This document shows positions 1 through 9,639 of a DNA stretch of 53,362 nucleotides, in pieces (positions within the stretch are counted from its first letter, which is position 1; every line of letters starts with the position of its first letter). A model generated the notes under the pieces. It ran no database searches and was not told where the DNA came from. It was given only the letters and a program-made list of their open reading frames with translations. This DNA is from a virus. Lineage: Duplodnaviria > Caudoviricetes. The DNA lies in the IMG/VR virus record IMGVR_UViG_3300035670_000279, positions 1 to 53,362 of that record; one strand, 5' to 3'. Made by a program: the position numbers and the translations under genes.

Positions 1-12
1 GGTAATTCGCGC
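1..12. repeat. Left copy of 12-nt terminal repeat GGTAATTCGCGC; probable cos (cohesive end)
   Basis: Identical to 53351-53362; lies just upstream of a lambda Nu1/gpA-type terminase; same length as the lambda cohesive end. Confidence 0.8.
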
Positions 13-79
13 CCCCGGCTTTCCGCTAGTGTCTGGGGTGGAAAGATGGGTTTCCTGCCGTCAAGTGCTTTCCCTGAGA

Positions 80-120
80 ACTTGCAACTCGCAAACTCGC
101 AAACCACGGTTTGCGAACCT
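80..120. promoter_or_regulatory. cosB-like repeats (TCGCAAAC twice plus inverted GTTTGCGA), probable small-terminase binding sites
   Basis: ttgcaac-tcgcaaac-tcgcaaac-cacg-gtttgcga between cos and the small terminase gene. Confidence 0.45.
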
Positions 121-176
121 AAGTGCGCAGAAGTAGAATCAGCGGCATAGGTATCAAACCATTTGCCGCGAGTGTT

Positions 177-824
177 ATGTCTCAAGAGAGCGAGTTAATT
201 TCTATCCGAGAGGCCGCCAGGCGTCTCGGGGTATCTGACACAGCAGTCCGCAAAGCTATTGCCACCGGCCGTGTGACCGTCGCTGACCGCCACAAGGACA
301 ACGACCGACCGTTGCTGTCCTGGCCGGCATGCAAAGACGACTGGCTTGCGAACAGTGACACCTCGAAGCGTTCCCATGTTGGCGGGACAGGCACCAGCAA
401 GAAGCGCCAAGGGTATTCATCCGGACAGCGGGTTAAGCTGCCTACCAGCGATCGCCAGGACGAGGCGCCGGAGGATGACGAGCCGACCCATGGCGGCAGT
501 GGTTCCACGCCTGCGTCTGGGAGGGGGGCCAAGTACAACAAGTCACGGGGTGAACGTGAGTTCTACCAGGCTAAGCTCGCCCAGCTGGAGTTTGAGCAGA
601 AGTCCGGTCAGCTGATCAGCCTGGAGGTGGTGAAGTCGGAGGCATTCCGCGCCCACCGCCGGATCCGTGACGCCCTGCTGAACATCCCAGATCGGTGTGC
701 CCCCCATGTCGCCACCCTGACTGACCCTTTGGAATGCCACGCCTACCTGCTAACCGAGATCACCTCGGCTTTGCGCCAGCTCTCGGCAGACATTTACGCC
801 TCTGGCGAGGAGCGGGATGAATGA
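177..824 (+). CDS. Terminase small subunit (Nu1-like)
   Basis: N-terminal HTH (ISIREAARRLGVSDTAVRKAI); coiled-coil EFYQAKLAQLEF; LLNIPDR motif; overlaps the large subunit start. Confidence 0.85.
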   Translation: MSQESELISIREAARRLGVSDTAVRKAIATGRVTVADRHKDNDRPLLSWPACKDDWLANSDTSKRSHVGGTGTSKKRQGYSSGQRVKLPTSDRQDEAPEDDEPTHGGSGSTPASGRGAKYNKSRGEREFYQAKLAQLEFEQKSGQLISLEVVKSEAFRAHRRIRDALLNIPDRCAPHVATLTDPLECHAYLLTEITSALRQLSADIYASGEERDE

Positions 825-2671
825 CCGCTGCCGCCAAGATCATGCACAGCTACCTGGAGGGGCTGGCCGAGGCCTACCTCCCAGACCCGATCATGACGGT
901 GAGCGAGTGGTCTGACACTCACCGCATCCTGCCGCAGAAGGGCGCTGCAGAGCCCGGCCCTTACCGCACCAGCCGCACGCCATACGTCCGCGAAATTGCC
1001 GACTGCCTCTCCGCCACCTCGCCGGTGCAGGAAGTCGTGCTCATGGCTGGTGCCCAGGTGGGCAAGTCTGAGCTCGGCAACAACTGGGTGGGCTACGTCA
1101 TCGACAACGCCCCTGGCCCGATGCTGCTGGTGGAGCCGACCGTCGACAACGCCAAGCGCTACTCCAAGCAGCGGATCGGCCCGATGATCGCCGAGTGTCC
1201 GCGTCTCAGCGCAAAAGTGCTGGAGAACAAATCCCGCGACAGCGGCAGCACCATGCTCGAGAAGGAGTTTCCTGGCGGCATCCTGCTGATGGGTGGGGCG
1301 AACTCTGCTGCCGGCCTGCGCTCGATGCCGATCCGGTACCTGTTTGCGGACGAGATCTCCAACTGGCCAGCGGATGTCGATGGGGAAGGTGACCCACTGG
1401 AGCTCGCCCAGGCGCGGACCAGTACGTTCTCGCGACGCAAGATCTACAAGTGTTCGACTCCAGCCAACAAGTCTACTTGCCGGATCACCGCTGAGTACGA
1501 GCGCTCTGACCGTCGCCGGTACTTCGTGCCTTGCCCGCACTGCGAGCACATGCACACGCTGGACTGGGAGCATTTCATCATCCCGCGTGACGAGGAGACT
1601 GGGAAGCTCAAGCCGCGCAAGGCGCACATGGTTTGCCCTGAATGTGGAGGAGTGCTGGAGGAACACCATAAGACCGCCATGCTGGAGGGTGGCGAGTGGC
1701 GCGGGACCAACCCTGAGCAGACTGACCCATCCCGCCGCGGCTATCAGATCAGCGCGCTGTACTCCCCGATCGGCTGGAAGTCATGGTCGGATGTGGCGAA
1801 GGCCTGGCTCAATGCCCAGGGGAACCCGAAAAAGCTGCAAGCATTCCAGAACAACGTGCTCGGCTTGCCTTGGGCTGAATCCGGAGAAACGGTCGACGAA
1901 AACGAGATCATGACCAGGGCCAAGGACGAGACCTATGGCCTCGATCCCCTGCCTCGCGAAGTGCTGGTGATCACCGCCGGCGTCGACGTGCAGCCAAACC
2001 GCCTTGAGATAGAGCTGGTGGGCTGGGGCCTTGGCGAGGAGTCATGGTCGCTGGAGCACTACGTGATAATGGGTGACCCCAATGGGCCGGTGGTCTGGCA
2101 GTTGCTGGATCTCTACCTGACCCGCGAGTACGCACACCCTTGCGGCATCAAATTGAGGGCTGCTCGAGCCTTCGTGGACACTGGCGGCGAGAACACCAAG
2201 GCCGTCTATGACTACGTGTCGACCCGCGAGCACATGAGCATTTACGGGATCAAGGGTCTGGGCGGCGATGGCAAGCCTCCAGTCGGGGCGCCGTCGAAGT
2301 CGAACCTGTACAAGGTGACCTTCCTCCCGCTGGGCACCTTCACCCTCAAGGATTCTGTCTATGGCCGGCTCAAGATAGCGGAGCCAGGACCTGGCTACAT
2401 GCACTTCCGGTCTGACTACCCGCTGGACTACTACCAGCAGCTGACCGCTGAGGAGGTACGCACCAAGGTAAACACCAAAGGCTATCCGGTTCGAGAGTGG
2501 TTCAAGAAGGCGCAGTCAGCTCGCAACGAGGTGCTCGACTGCACCTGCTACGCTTATGCCGCCTTCCTGTCGCTGGGGGTCAACCTGCAGCAGCTGGCGG
2601 AGATCATGTCAGGGACTTTTCAGGCGTCCGCTGGACGCCGGGTGAGGGGTGAGCTTGATTCGGTGGCGTAG
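821..2671 (+). CDS. Terminase large subunit (lambda gpA family)
   Basis: RTPYVREI, Walker A AQVGKSE, Walker B LFADE, CPHC/CPEC zinc motifs, TAGVDVQ and RNEVLDC nuclease motifs. Confidence 0.95.
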   Translation: MTAAAKIMHSYLEGLAEAYLPDPIMTVSEWSDTHRILPQKGAAEPGPYRTSRTPYVREIADCLSATSPVQEVVLMAGAQVGKSELGNNWVGYVIDNAPGPMLLVEPTVDNAKRYSKQRIGPMIAECPRLSAKVLENKSRDSGSTMLEKEFPGGILLMGGANSAAGLRSMPIRYLFADEISNWPADVDGEGDPLELAQARTSTFSRRKIYKCSTPANKSTCRITAEYERSDRRRYFVPCPHCEHMHTLDWEHFIIPRDEETGKLKPRKAHMVCPECGGVLEEHHKTAMLEGGEWRGTNPEQTDPSRRGYQISALYSPIGWKSWSDVAKAWLNAQGNPKKLQAFQNNVLGLPWAESGETVDENEIMTRAKDETYGLDPLPREVLVITAGVDVQPNRLEIELVGWGLGEESWSLEHYVIMGDPNGPVVWQLLDLYLTREYAHPCGIKLRAARAFVDTGGENTKAVYDYVSTREHMSIYGIKGLGGDGKPPVGAPSKSNLYKVTFLPLGTFTLKDSVYGRLKIAEPGPGYMHFRSDYPLDYYQQLTAEEVRTKVNTKGYPVREWFKKAQSARNEVLDCTCYAYAAFLSLGVNLQQLAEIMSGTFQASAGRRVRGELDSVA

Positions 2672-2783
2672 TCGGGCGATAATCTGTTCGTTGAAGTGGA
2701 GTAATGCTTGGTGCTGGGGTGAGGTGGGGTATGTAAAACCTCTTGCCATTGTGGGATGTGCTGCGTTTCCTTGTGCAATTATT

Positions 2784-2809
2784 GGCCGCCTTCGGGCGGC
2801 TCTTTTTTT
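2784..2809 (+). terminator. Rho-independent terminator after terminase
   Basis: GGCCGCC-TTCG-GGCGGCT followed by a T7 run. Confidence 0.8.
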
Positions 2810-2875
2810 GTCCACTTTCAACCGCTGATGATTTGGGCATATAATCTTGACCAAACCTGACAAAGTATTTGCTCT

Positions 2876-3094
2876 ATGCCGACACTTGAAGAATTGCAAG
2901 CCGAACTCACGAAGGTCAACGCCGCCTATGAGGCTGCGCTGGGCGGGTCTGAGTACGAGATCGAGAGCGGCGACAGCCGTCGCAAGCTCAAGCGCCAGTC
3001 GCTGACCGCTCTGGTCAATCGCAAGGCCGAGCTCGAGCGTTCGATCGCTCGCCTGTCCGGCAATGGCGTGAGCCACGGCGTGGGGACTTGGTGA
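2876..3094 (+). CDS. Head-tail joining protein (lambda gpW-like)
   Basis: 72-aa helical protein between terminase and portal. Confidence 0.75.
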   Translation: MPTLEELQAELTKVNAAYEAALGGSEYEIESGDSRRKLKRQSLTALVNRKAELERSIARLSGNGVSHGVGTW

Positions 3095-4680
3095 TGACCA
3101 CTTACGCCCGCATGCCTGATGGGTTGATCCTGCCGGAGGAGCTGGCTCGCCAGCAGATTTCCTCCATGCTCGGTGCCTGGCCTGTGGGCAACCCCGGCTC
3201 CTACCGCACCGCATCTGCGCTCAACAAAAACACCGCCTTTTGGCACACCTCTGGCGGTTCTGCCGATGCTGACACCCTGGCCGATCTGCCGACCCTGCGA
3301 CGCCAGTCTCGGGATCTGATCCGCAACGAGGCTCTGCCGGCTGGCGCCATCGACACCATGGTGCTGGGGGTAGTCGGGCAGGGCATCGTCCCTCAGTCAC
3401 GCATCGACGCGACTGCCCTGGGGATCTCCGACGAGCAGGCGACCGCCTGGTCCCGCATGGCCGAGCGGATCTTCAACCACATCGCCAACAAGCCGACCTT
3501 CGACGCCGAGGGCCGGTGCAACTTCTGGGCGATGCAGCGCCTGGTGTACCGGTCCCGTCTGGAGAGCGGCGACGTGCTTGCCTTGCGCCGGTACCTCCCG
3601 CGCGCCGGCAAGGCGCTGGGGGTTGCCGTTCAGGTGATCGAGGCCGACCGCCTGGCCACCCCGCTCGACAAGATGCAGAACCAGCTGATCCGGGAAGGCG
3701 TCGAGGTAGACGCTGACGGGTTCCCGGTGGCCTTCCACTGCATGAAGGAGCACCCGGGCGACAAACCGATCATTACCGATGCCACGCGGTTTACCCGTAT
3801 CCCTGCTTACGACGGGAAGGGCGACCCGCTTGCCCTGCTGGTGATGTCCCGCCTGCGCCCTGGCCAGACTCGCGGCGTGCCGCACCTGGCCCCGGTGATC
3901 GAGATGTTCAAGCAGCTCTCCCGCTACAGCGAAGCCGAGATCACCGCGGCGGTGACCTCTGCCATGTTGGCGATCTTCGTGAAGTCGCCGGCTCCGACTA
4001 GCCCGCTTGCGGGCGGTGCCACTATCCCCGGCATGGTTGGCGGCATGCAGATCACCCCCAAGGGCAACAGTATCACCAAGATGCAGAGCGGGATGATTGT
4101 TGACCTGGCCCCCGGCGAGGAGATCCAGGTTGCCTCTGCCACTCGGCCGAATACTGCCTTTGAGAAATTCTGTGACGCGGTGCTGTCCTACGTCGGCACC
4201 GCGCTGGGCGTACCGCGCGAGGTGCTCACCAAGTCCTACAACACCAGCTATTCAGCCGCCCGCGCTGCGGTGCAGGACGCTTTCCGCAAGTACCTGGTAG
4301 AGCGCGACGACCTGAACTGCGCCTTCAACCAGCCGGTGTGGAACTGGGTTCTGGACGAGGCGGTGGCCCGCGGCATGCTCGAAGCCCCAGGCTACTGGGA
4401 AGATCCGATGATCCGCGACGCCTACCAGAGCGCGGTGTGGGTCGGCCCGGTAATGATGTCCCTGGACCCACTGAAGGACGCCAACGCAGCCGAGAAGTGG
4501 CTGTCCCTGGGTATCAAGGCCAAGCAGGACGTATGCGCCGAACAGGCGACCGACTACGACACCACACTCACCCAGCGCGCGAAGGAGAAGAAGGCCGAGG
4601 AGGCTGCTGGCCTGCTGGTACTGCCTGCCGCTGCTGCGCCGGCCAACAACAACGGAGGCGACAATGCCCAAGGCGCTTGA
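3094..4680 (+). CDS. Portal protein (lambda family)
   Basis: LRRQSRDLIRN, RPGQTRGVP, SYSAARA and LDPLKD motifs. Confidence 0.95.
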   Translation: MTTYARMPDGLILPEELARQQISSMLGAWPVGNPGSYRTASALNKNTAFWHTSGGSADADTLADLPTLRRQSRDLIRNEALPAGAIDTMVLGVVGQGIVPQSRIDATALGISDEQATAWSRMAERIFNHIANKPTFDAEGRCNFWAMQRLVYRSRLESGDVLALRRYLPRAGKALGVAVQVIEADRLATPLDKMQNQLIREGVEVDADGFPVAFHCMKEHPGDKPIITDATRFTRIPAYDGKGDPLALLVMSRLRPGQTRGVPHLAPVIEMFKQLSRYSEAEITAAVTSAMLAIFVKSPAPTSPLAGGATIPGMVGGMQITPKGNSITKMQSGMIVDLAPGEEIQVASATRPNTAFEKFCDAVLSYVGTALGVPREVLTKSYNTSYSAARAAVQDAFRKYLVERDDLNCAFNQPVWNWVLDEAVARGMLEAPGYWEDPMIRDAYQSAVWVGPVMMSLDPLKDANAAEKWLSLGIKAKQDVCAEQATDYDTTLTQRAKEKKAEEAAGLLVLPAAAAPANNNGGDNAQGA

Positions 4681-5926
4681 TGCCATACTGGCAATGCCAT
4701 GGGCCATCCAAGACGGATGGCTCGAAATTATCGCATCGATTGCCGAGCGCGAGAGCGAGTACTCTGGCAACCTGGAGGCGCTGGAGAAGAAGCTGGGCCG
4801 ACCGCTGGCCAACACCTATGAGGTGACGGTGCGCGACGGGATCGCCACCATTCCTGTCTCCGGCCCGCTTTTCCGCCATGCGTCGCTGTTCACCATGATC
4901 AGCGGGGCGACCTCTTACGACCTGCTGGCCCGCGATTTCACGGCGGCGCTGGAGGATCCCACTATCCGTGGGATCGTGCTGCTCATCGACTCGCCCGGCG
5001 GTGAGGTGAACGGCGCCAGCGACCTTGCGCAGATGATCCGGGCCGCCCGCGGCGTCAAGCCTATCGTGGCCTTTGCTGGCGGCAGCATGGCCTCAGCTGC
5101 CTACTGGATCGGCTCTGCGGCCGATCGCTTGGTGGCGTCCAATACCGCGATGATCGGCTCTATCGGCGCTCAGATGGGGATGACCGTGCGCGAGCCTCGC
5201 GCCGGCGAAAAGTCATATCGCTTCGTGTCTTCCCAGTCGCCAAACAAGAACGCCAGCCCGGAAACCGAGGCGGGCGCCGCGCAGGCGCAGGCAATCGTGG
5301 ACGACATCGCGAAGGTATTCATCGAGACGGTTGCTGGTAATCGCGGCATAACTTCCGAAAAGGTGTTAGAGAATTATGGGCAAGGAGCTGTATTCCTTGC
5401 TGAAAAGGCCATGGCCAATGGTATGATTGATGCTGTTGGTACTTACGAAGGCGTCCTTGCGTCACTGAAAGAGGATAACAACGCTATGGATTACAAGAGT
5501 CTGACCGCCGAAGCTCTGGCGGGACACCGGCCCGATCTGGTCAAAGCTATCGGCGATCAGGCTGTGGCCTCCATCGATAAGCCGAACCTGGATGATATTC
5601 GTGCTGCAGCTGCTGCTGCCGAGCGCGATCGCCTGTCCGCTATCGAGGGGCAGCTGGTCCCTGGCGCCGAAGCGATCATCGCCGAAGCCAAGCTCGACCC
5701 TAAGGCTACCGCTGAGAGCACTGCTCTCAAGGTGCTGGCTCACCTGCGCGCCAACCCTGGTGCTCTGGTCCAAAAGCCGGCGACCACCGCGATGGACGAG
5801 ATCAAGAAAACCGAGGCCGAACTGGACGCGCCGGATCCTGCCGCTGGCAAGGACAAGGCCGACCCGCTCGACGAGATCATGGCGAACGCCGCGAAAGCCG
5901 GCATCGCTGCTGCTCAAACCAAGTAA
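4664..5926 (+). CDS. Prohead protease S49 with C-terminal scaffold (lambda gpC/Nu3-like)
   Basis: IDSPGGEV, MASAAYWIGS and IGSIG motifs; possible internal scaffold start MDYKS preceded by GAGG. Confidence 0.9.
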   Translation: MPKALDAILAMPWAIQDGWLEIIASIAERESEYSGNLEALEKKLGRPLANTYEVTVRDGIATIPVSGPLFRHASLFTMISGATSYDLLARDFTAALEDPTIRGIVLLIDSPGGEVNGASDLAQMIRAARGVKPIVAFAGGSMASAAYWIGSAADRLVASNTAMIGSIGAQMGMTVREPRAGEKSYRFVSSQSPNKNASPETEAGAAQAQAIVDDIAKVFIETVAGNRGITSEKVLENYGQGAVFLAEKAMANGMIDAVGTYEGVLASLKEDNNAMDYKSLTAEALAGHRPDLVKAIGDQAVASIDKPNLDDIRAAAAAAERDRLSAIEGQLVPGAEAIIAEAKLDPKATAESTALKVLAHLRANPGALVQKPATTAMDEIKKTEAELDAPDPAAGKDKADPLDEIMANAAKAGIAAAQTK

Positions 5927-5938
5927 ACGGAGGGCCAT

Positions 5939-6319
5939 ATGGCTGCCAATACTGTAAATCACTACCCGGATTATGGCACCGTGGGCACCTTCGTCCCGGA
6001 CAACCTGCTGGCCGGCGATTTCCCGCTCAAGACCAAGACCATCACCCTCAAGGTGGGCACCGCCTATACTCGGGGGATGGTGCTGGAAGAAGGCGTCAGC
6101 GCTGACGTGGGCAAGTTCCTGCTGGTTACCACCAATGCCAATGCCAAATACATCCTGCTCGAGGATATGGACGCCACCTCTGCCGATAAAAAGGCCACTG
6201 TGGCGATCACCGGCGAGTTCAACAGCAATGCCCTGACCCTGGGTTCCGGTGCCACCAAGGCCGGCATCACCAAGGCGCTCGAGCCGCTGTCCATTTTTGT
6301 GCGCGACGCTGTCGCCTAA
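5939..6319 (+). CDS. Head decoration protein (lambda gpD-like)
   Basis: FVPDNLLAGD and GEFNSNAL motifs; sits before the major capsid gene. Confidence 0.85.
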   Translation: MAANTVNHYPDYGTVGTFVPDNLLAGDFPLKTKTITLKVGTAYTRGMVLEEGVSADVGKFLLVTTNANAKYILLEDMDATSADKKATVAITGEFNSNALTLGSGATKAGITKALEPLSIFVRDAVA

Positions 6320-6334
6320 TTGGGGGATTTTTTG

Positions 6335-7372
6335 ATGGATGTGCAAAGCCTTTACGGCACCTATGCCCTGAACGGTCTGGTGCAGCGGATCCGGCCCGCG
6401 CCGGCATTCTTCCTGACCTTCTTCCCGTCGGTCATCGAACACCAGACGGAGGAGGTTTACTTCGATGTGGCAGAGGACAAGCCTCGCCTTGCCCCGTTCG
6501 TGCATCCGCTGCGCGAAGGCAAGTTGATCGAGTCTCTTGGCTACTCCACCAAGAACGTCAAACCGGCGTACATCAAGGACAAGCGCGTCCACGACACCAC
6601 CAAGCCGCTCAAGCGTATGGCAGGCGAGGGGTTCGGCGGCGTTCTTTCCAACGAAGCGCGCCTGCATGCTCTGCTGGTGCAAGACCTGGCCGACCAGCAA
6701 AAGATGCTGCAGCGCCGTCTGGAAGTGATGGCCGCCGAGGCGGTGATCTGGGGCAAGGTGACCGTTACTGGTGACGGTTTCGACTCCATCGTCGTCACTT
6801 TCGGTCGTGACGCCGCTCTGGACGTCGTACTGTCCGGCGCCGAGAAGTGGGACTCTGCTACTGTCCCAGACATCGGCTCCCAGCTCGAAACCTGGGACCA
6901 GCTGCTGCTGGACAAGTCCGGCTTCGGCACCAGCCATGTGATCATGGATTCCAAGGCCTGGAAGCTGATGCGCAAGGACGAGAAGCTGATGAAGCTGCTC
7001 GACATCCGCCGCGGCGCTGACACCGTTGGTGTGAACATCGCGCCGATGCTGTCGGTCGAGGGTGTGTCCTACAAGGGCATGTATGGCGAGTTCCCGATCT
7101 TCGTCTACTCCCACAGCTACGTCGATCCCGTCGACGGCCAGACCAAGCAGGTCATGCCTGACAACACCGTTGTCCTGGTGAGCGGTTCCGCGCTGGAAGG
7201 CGTGCGCCACTTCGGCGCCATCAAGGATCTGGATGCAGGCCTCCAGCCCATGGAGTCCTTCACCAAGTCATGGACCGTGCCGGATCCGTCTGCTCGCTTC
7301 CTGCTGATGCAGTCTGCTCCGATCACCGCCCCGCACCGTCCGAATGCGTCCATGCGCATTAAGGTGGCGTGA
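6335..7372 (+). CDS. Major capsid protein (lambda gpE family)
   Basis: LAPFVHP, KPAYIKDK, RRLEVMAAEA and LLMQSAP motifs. Confidence 0.95.
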   Translation: MDVQSLYGTYALNGLVQRIRPAPAFFLTFFPSVIEHQTEEVYFDVAEDKPRLAPFVHPLREGKLIESLGYSTKNVKPAYIKDKRVHDTTKPLKRMAGEGFGGVLSNEARLHALLVQDLADQQKMLQRRLEVMAAEAVIWGKVTVTGDGFDSIVVTFGRDAALDVVLSGAEKWDSATVPDIGSQLETWDQLLLDKSGFGTSHVIMDSKAWKLMRKDEKLMKLLDIRRGADTVGVNIAPMLSVEGVSYKGMYGEFPIFVYSHSYVDPVDGQTKQVMPDNTVVLVSGSALEGVRHFGAIKDLDAGLQPMESFTKSWTVPDPSARFLLMQSAPITAPHRPNASMRIKVA

Positions 7373-7373
7373 T

Positions 7374-7604
7374 ATGGCTGACACCACCATCCGCGCTCTG
7401 AATTCCATCATGCGTGATGGAAATCGCTATGGCCCCGGCGCTCCTGCCGGGGACATCCTTACCCTTCCTGCCGACGAGGCCCAGGTGCTCATTGCTGGTG
7501 GCTGGGCGGAGGACGCTCCTGCTGAGAAGAAGGAGACGAAGAAGGAGCGGGAAGCCCGCGAGAAGGCGGAAGCCGAGGCTGCTGCTGGCAACGGCGGTGC
7601 CTGA
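7374..7604 (+). CDS. Small head or DNA-packaging protein (gpFI-like position)
   Basis: 76 aa directly after the capsid gene; EAQVLIAGG motif and charged tail. Confidence 0.55.
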   Translation: MADTTIRALNSIMRDGNRYGPGAPAGDILTLPADEAQVLIAGGWAEDAPAEKKETKKEREAREKAEAEAAAGNGGA

Positions 7605-7963
7605 TGGCAGTCGAGTCGGCTGCTGAACTGGAGGGCTTCTTCAACCCGAGTGAGTTCGGGGAGGAAGCCCTTCTCATTACCGGCACCGGGTCATTCCCGG
7701 TGACCGGTATTCCCGATTCCTTTGCCGAGGATGATCGCCTCGGTGCTACCAGCAACTCAGGCCGATCTTCGTTCCTGGCCGGCGCTGCTGACTTTTCGAT
7801 GACTGAGCTGCAATTCCAATTGCCCTGGCACTCGGTTTTTGCCGCGGGGGTAGTTGCCGACGATTCGCTGCAGATCATCACTGGAACTTATGCGGGCCTG
7901 TACCGCATCAAAGAGGTGAAGCGTGACGGCGAGCAGTGTCGCCTCATGCTCAACAAGACATGA
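7604..7963 (+). CDS. Head-tail joining protein (gpFII-like)
   Basis: FFNPSEFGEEA start; beta-rich 119 aa; synteny. Confidence 0.6.
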   Translation: MAVESAAELEGFFNPSEFGEEALLITGTGSFPVTGIPDSFAEDDRLGATSNSGRSSFLAGAADFSMTELQFQLPWHSVFAAGVVADDSLQIITGTYAGLYRIKEVKRDGEQCRLMLNKT

Positions 7964-8607
7964 GCAGCTATCGTGACGCCATCAATCAGGCCGTAAAGGC
8001 ACAACTCACCGGCAAGACCATCGCCGGTGATCGCATTTTCACATCTCTCGATCGCCCCCTGAACCCTGCCACTGACCTTCCTGCCGTCATGGTCTACACG
8101 ACTACCAGCCGCCGCGGCCGCGATGATCTTGGCAATGGCCTGATCCCGCGACTGGTGACCGTTATCATCGAGGCGGCAGTGCTTGCCGGCCCTGGGCTCG
8201 AGATCGGGGCTGCCGAGGGGTTTGCTGACCAGATCGAAACCGCCATCGAGGCCGATCGATCCCTTGGCTTGGTGGTCAACGACTGCCAGTGGCAGCAGGC
8301 AGCTACCGATGCGACTAGCCACGGTTCCGTCACCATGGGTGCGGCGATTGTGCAGTACGAGGTGGAGATCTTCACGAACGTCAAGGCAGACGGCGCCTAT
8401 GAGCCTGGCGATGATGGCTTCACCACCCCACCGACCGAAATTCAGGTGGGGCCTCTGCCGGTTGCCGTGCCCCCCGAGTGGTCCGGCGAACTGAACGAGG
8501 AAGAGTTCTTCCAGACCACCAACCCCCCGCTGGCCCCAAACCCTGATACCGCCTGCGGCCCGGAAGGCTGCGACATCCCGGCATGGCGCGGGGAGCGTGA
8601 GCGATGA
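7960..8607 (+). CDS. Tail completion/terminator protein
   Basis: LPAVMVYT motif; lies between head-tail joining and spike genes. Confidence 0.55.
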   Translation: MSSYRDAINQAVKAQLTGKTIAGDRIFTSLDRPLNPATDLPAVMVYTTTSRRGRDDLGNGLIPRLVTVIIEAAVLAGPGLEIGAAEGFADQIETAIEADRSLGLVVNDCQWQQAATDATSHGSVTMGAAIVQYEVEIFTNVKADGAYEPGDDGFTTPPTEIQVGPLPVAVPPEWSGELNEEEFFQTTNPPLAPNPDTACGPEGCDIPAWRGERER

Positions 8608-9281
8608 GCGCGCGGGAGGATGGATCATCTGCCCTGGCTCTCCCGGATCTGGAGCGCCGCACCGCCAATATGATCCGCTTCGGTACGATCGCCGAGGTAA
8701 AGTTGTCCAATCCGCCCCGGGTCAAGGTCAAGTCCGGCAACATCACTACACGCTGGCTACCATGGGCTGTTGGCCGGGCTAGCACTGGCAAACGCGACTG
8801 GTCTGCTCCGGAGGTAGGCGAGCAGGCACTGCTGCTGTGCGCTTCTGGCGACATGCGCCAGGCCCTGGTCATTCCCGGCATCTATCAGAGCTCCTTTCCG
8901 GCCCCAAGCGACAACGCCAACTTGGACCTCACCGAATACGGCGACGGGACCAAGATTTCGTATGACCGGGAGGCACATGAGCTGGTGGCGGATCTTGGCG
9001 CGTGCAAGATCACCGCCAACCACGACAAGATAGAGCTGTCTATTGGTGGCGCCAAGCTGACGATGACCTCTGCCGGCAGCGTATTCGACGGACCGGTCAC
9101 CTTCAACGACCCGATCACCTACAAGGGCGGGATGACCGGTTCTGGTGGGTCTGGTGCCAACATCACTGGCGACTTCAAAGCCAGTGGCGGGGTATTCACC
9201 CACAACGGCAAGAACGTCGGCGAGACCCATAAGCACAACGGCGTCCAGACCGGCGGCGGCAACACCGGCAATCCAATCTAA
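8604..9281 (+). CDS. Baseplate spike protein (P2 gpV-like)
   Basis: NMIRFGTIAEV, TRWLPW, APEVGEQ and C-terminal HKH iron-binding motif. Confidence 0.95.
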   Translation: MSAREDGSSALALPDLERRTANMIRFGTIAEVKLSNPPRVKVKSGNITTRWLPWAVGRASTGKRDWSAPEVGEQALLLCASGDMRQALVIPGIYQSSFPAPSDNANLDLTEYGDGTKISYDREAHELVADLGACKITANHDKIELSIGGAKLTMTSAGSVFDGPVTFNDPITYKGGMTGSGGSGANITGDFKASGGVFTHNGKNVGETHKHNGVQTGGGNTGNPI

Positions 9282-9290
9282 GGGGGCATC

Positions 9291-9638
9291 ATGAGCTTCT
9301 CTGGCACCAACGCCAACACCGGAAAGCCGCTCGATGGGGCGGCTCACCTCAAGCAATCGATCCGAGACATCCTGACCACCAGGATCGGCACGCGGGTAAT
9401 GCGTCGCGAGTATGGATCTCGCCTTCCGGAGCTGGTCGACAACCCGATGGGCGAACTGCTGGAAATGGAGCTGATTGCCGCTACTGCCGAGGCGCTGGAG
9501 CGCTGGGAGCCGCGCTTCTTGTTCGATCGCTGTTATGTGCATGGCCTATCTGATAACGGAAGTATCGTGATAGACTTGGAAGGTCGGGTGCTCGTAAATG
9601 ACGAGCCCCTCCGTATTGAAGGGATCGAGATCCGATAA
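9291..9638 (+). CDS. Baseplate wedge protein (P2 gpW/gp25-like)
   Basis: HLKQSIRDILTTRIGTRVMRREYGS and RWEPR motifs. Confidence 0.95.
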   Translation: MSFSGTNANTGKPLDGAAHLKQSIRDILTTRIGTRVMRREYGSRLPELVDNPMGELLEMELIAATAEALERWEPRFLFDRCYVHGLSDNGSIVIDLEGRVLVNDEPLRIEGIEIR

Positions 9639-9639
9639 T

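Noticed and set aside
2753..2763. 11-mer GGGATGTGCTG shared with 53336-53346 near cos
   Set aside because: Many 11-mer matches are expected by chance in 53 kb; no supporting context.
2822..2870. CTGATGA followed by a TTTGG/CCAAA stem, suggesting a hammerhead ribozyme
   Set aside because: No GAAA after the stem and no flanking helices to complete the core.
5462..7210. 582-aa antisense ORF over the head genes, and similar long antisense ORFs at 15405-16910, 19803-20969, 33181-34341 and 46547-47680
   Set aside because: Shadow ORFs expected from high GC at third codon positions of the real genes; no recognisable motifs.
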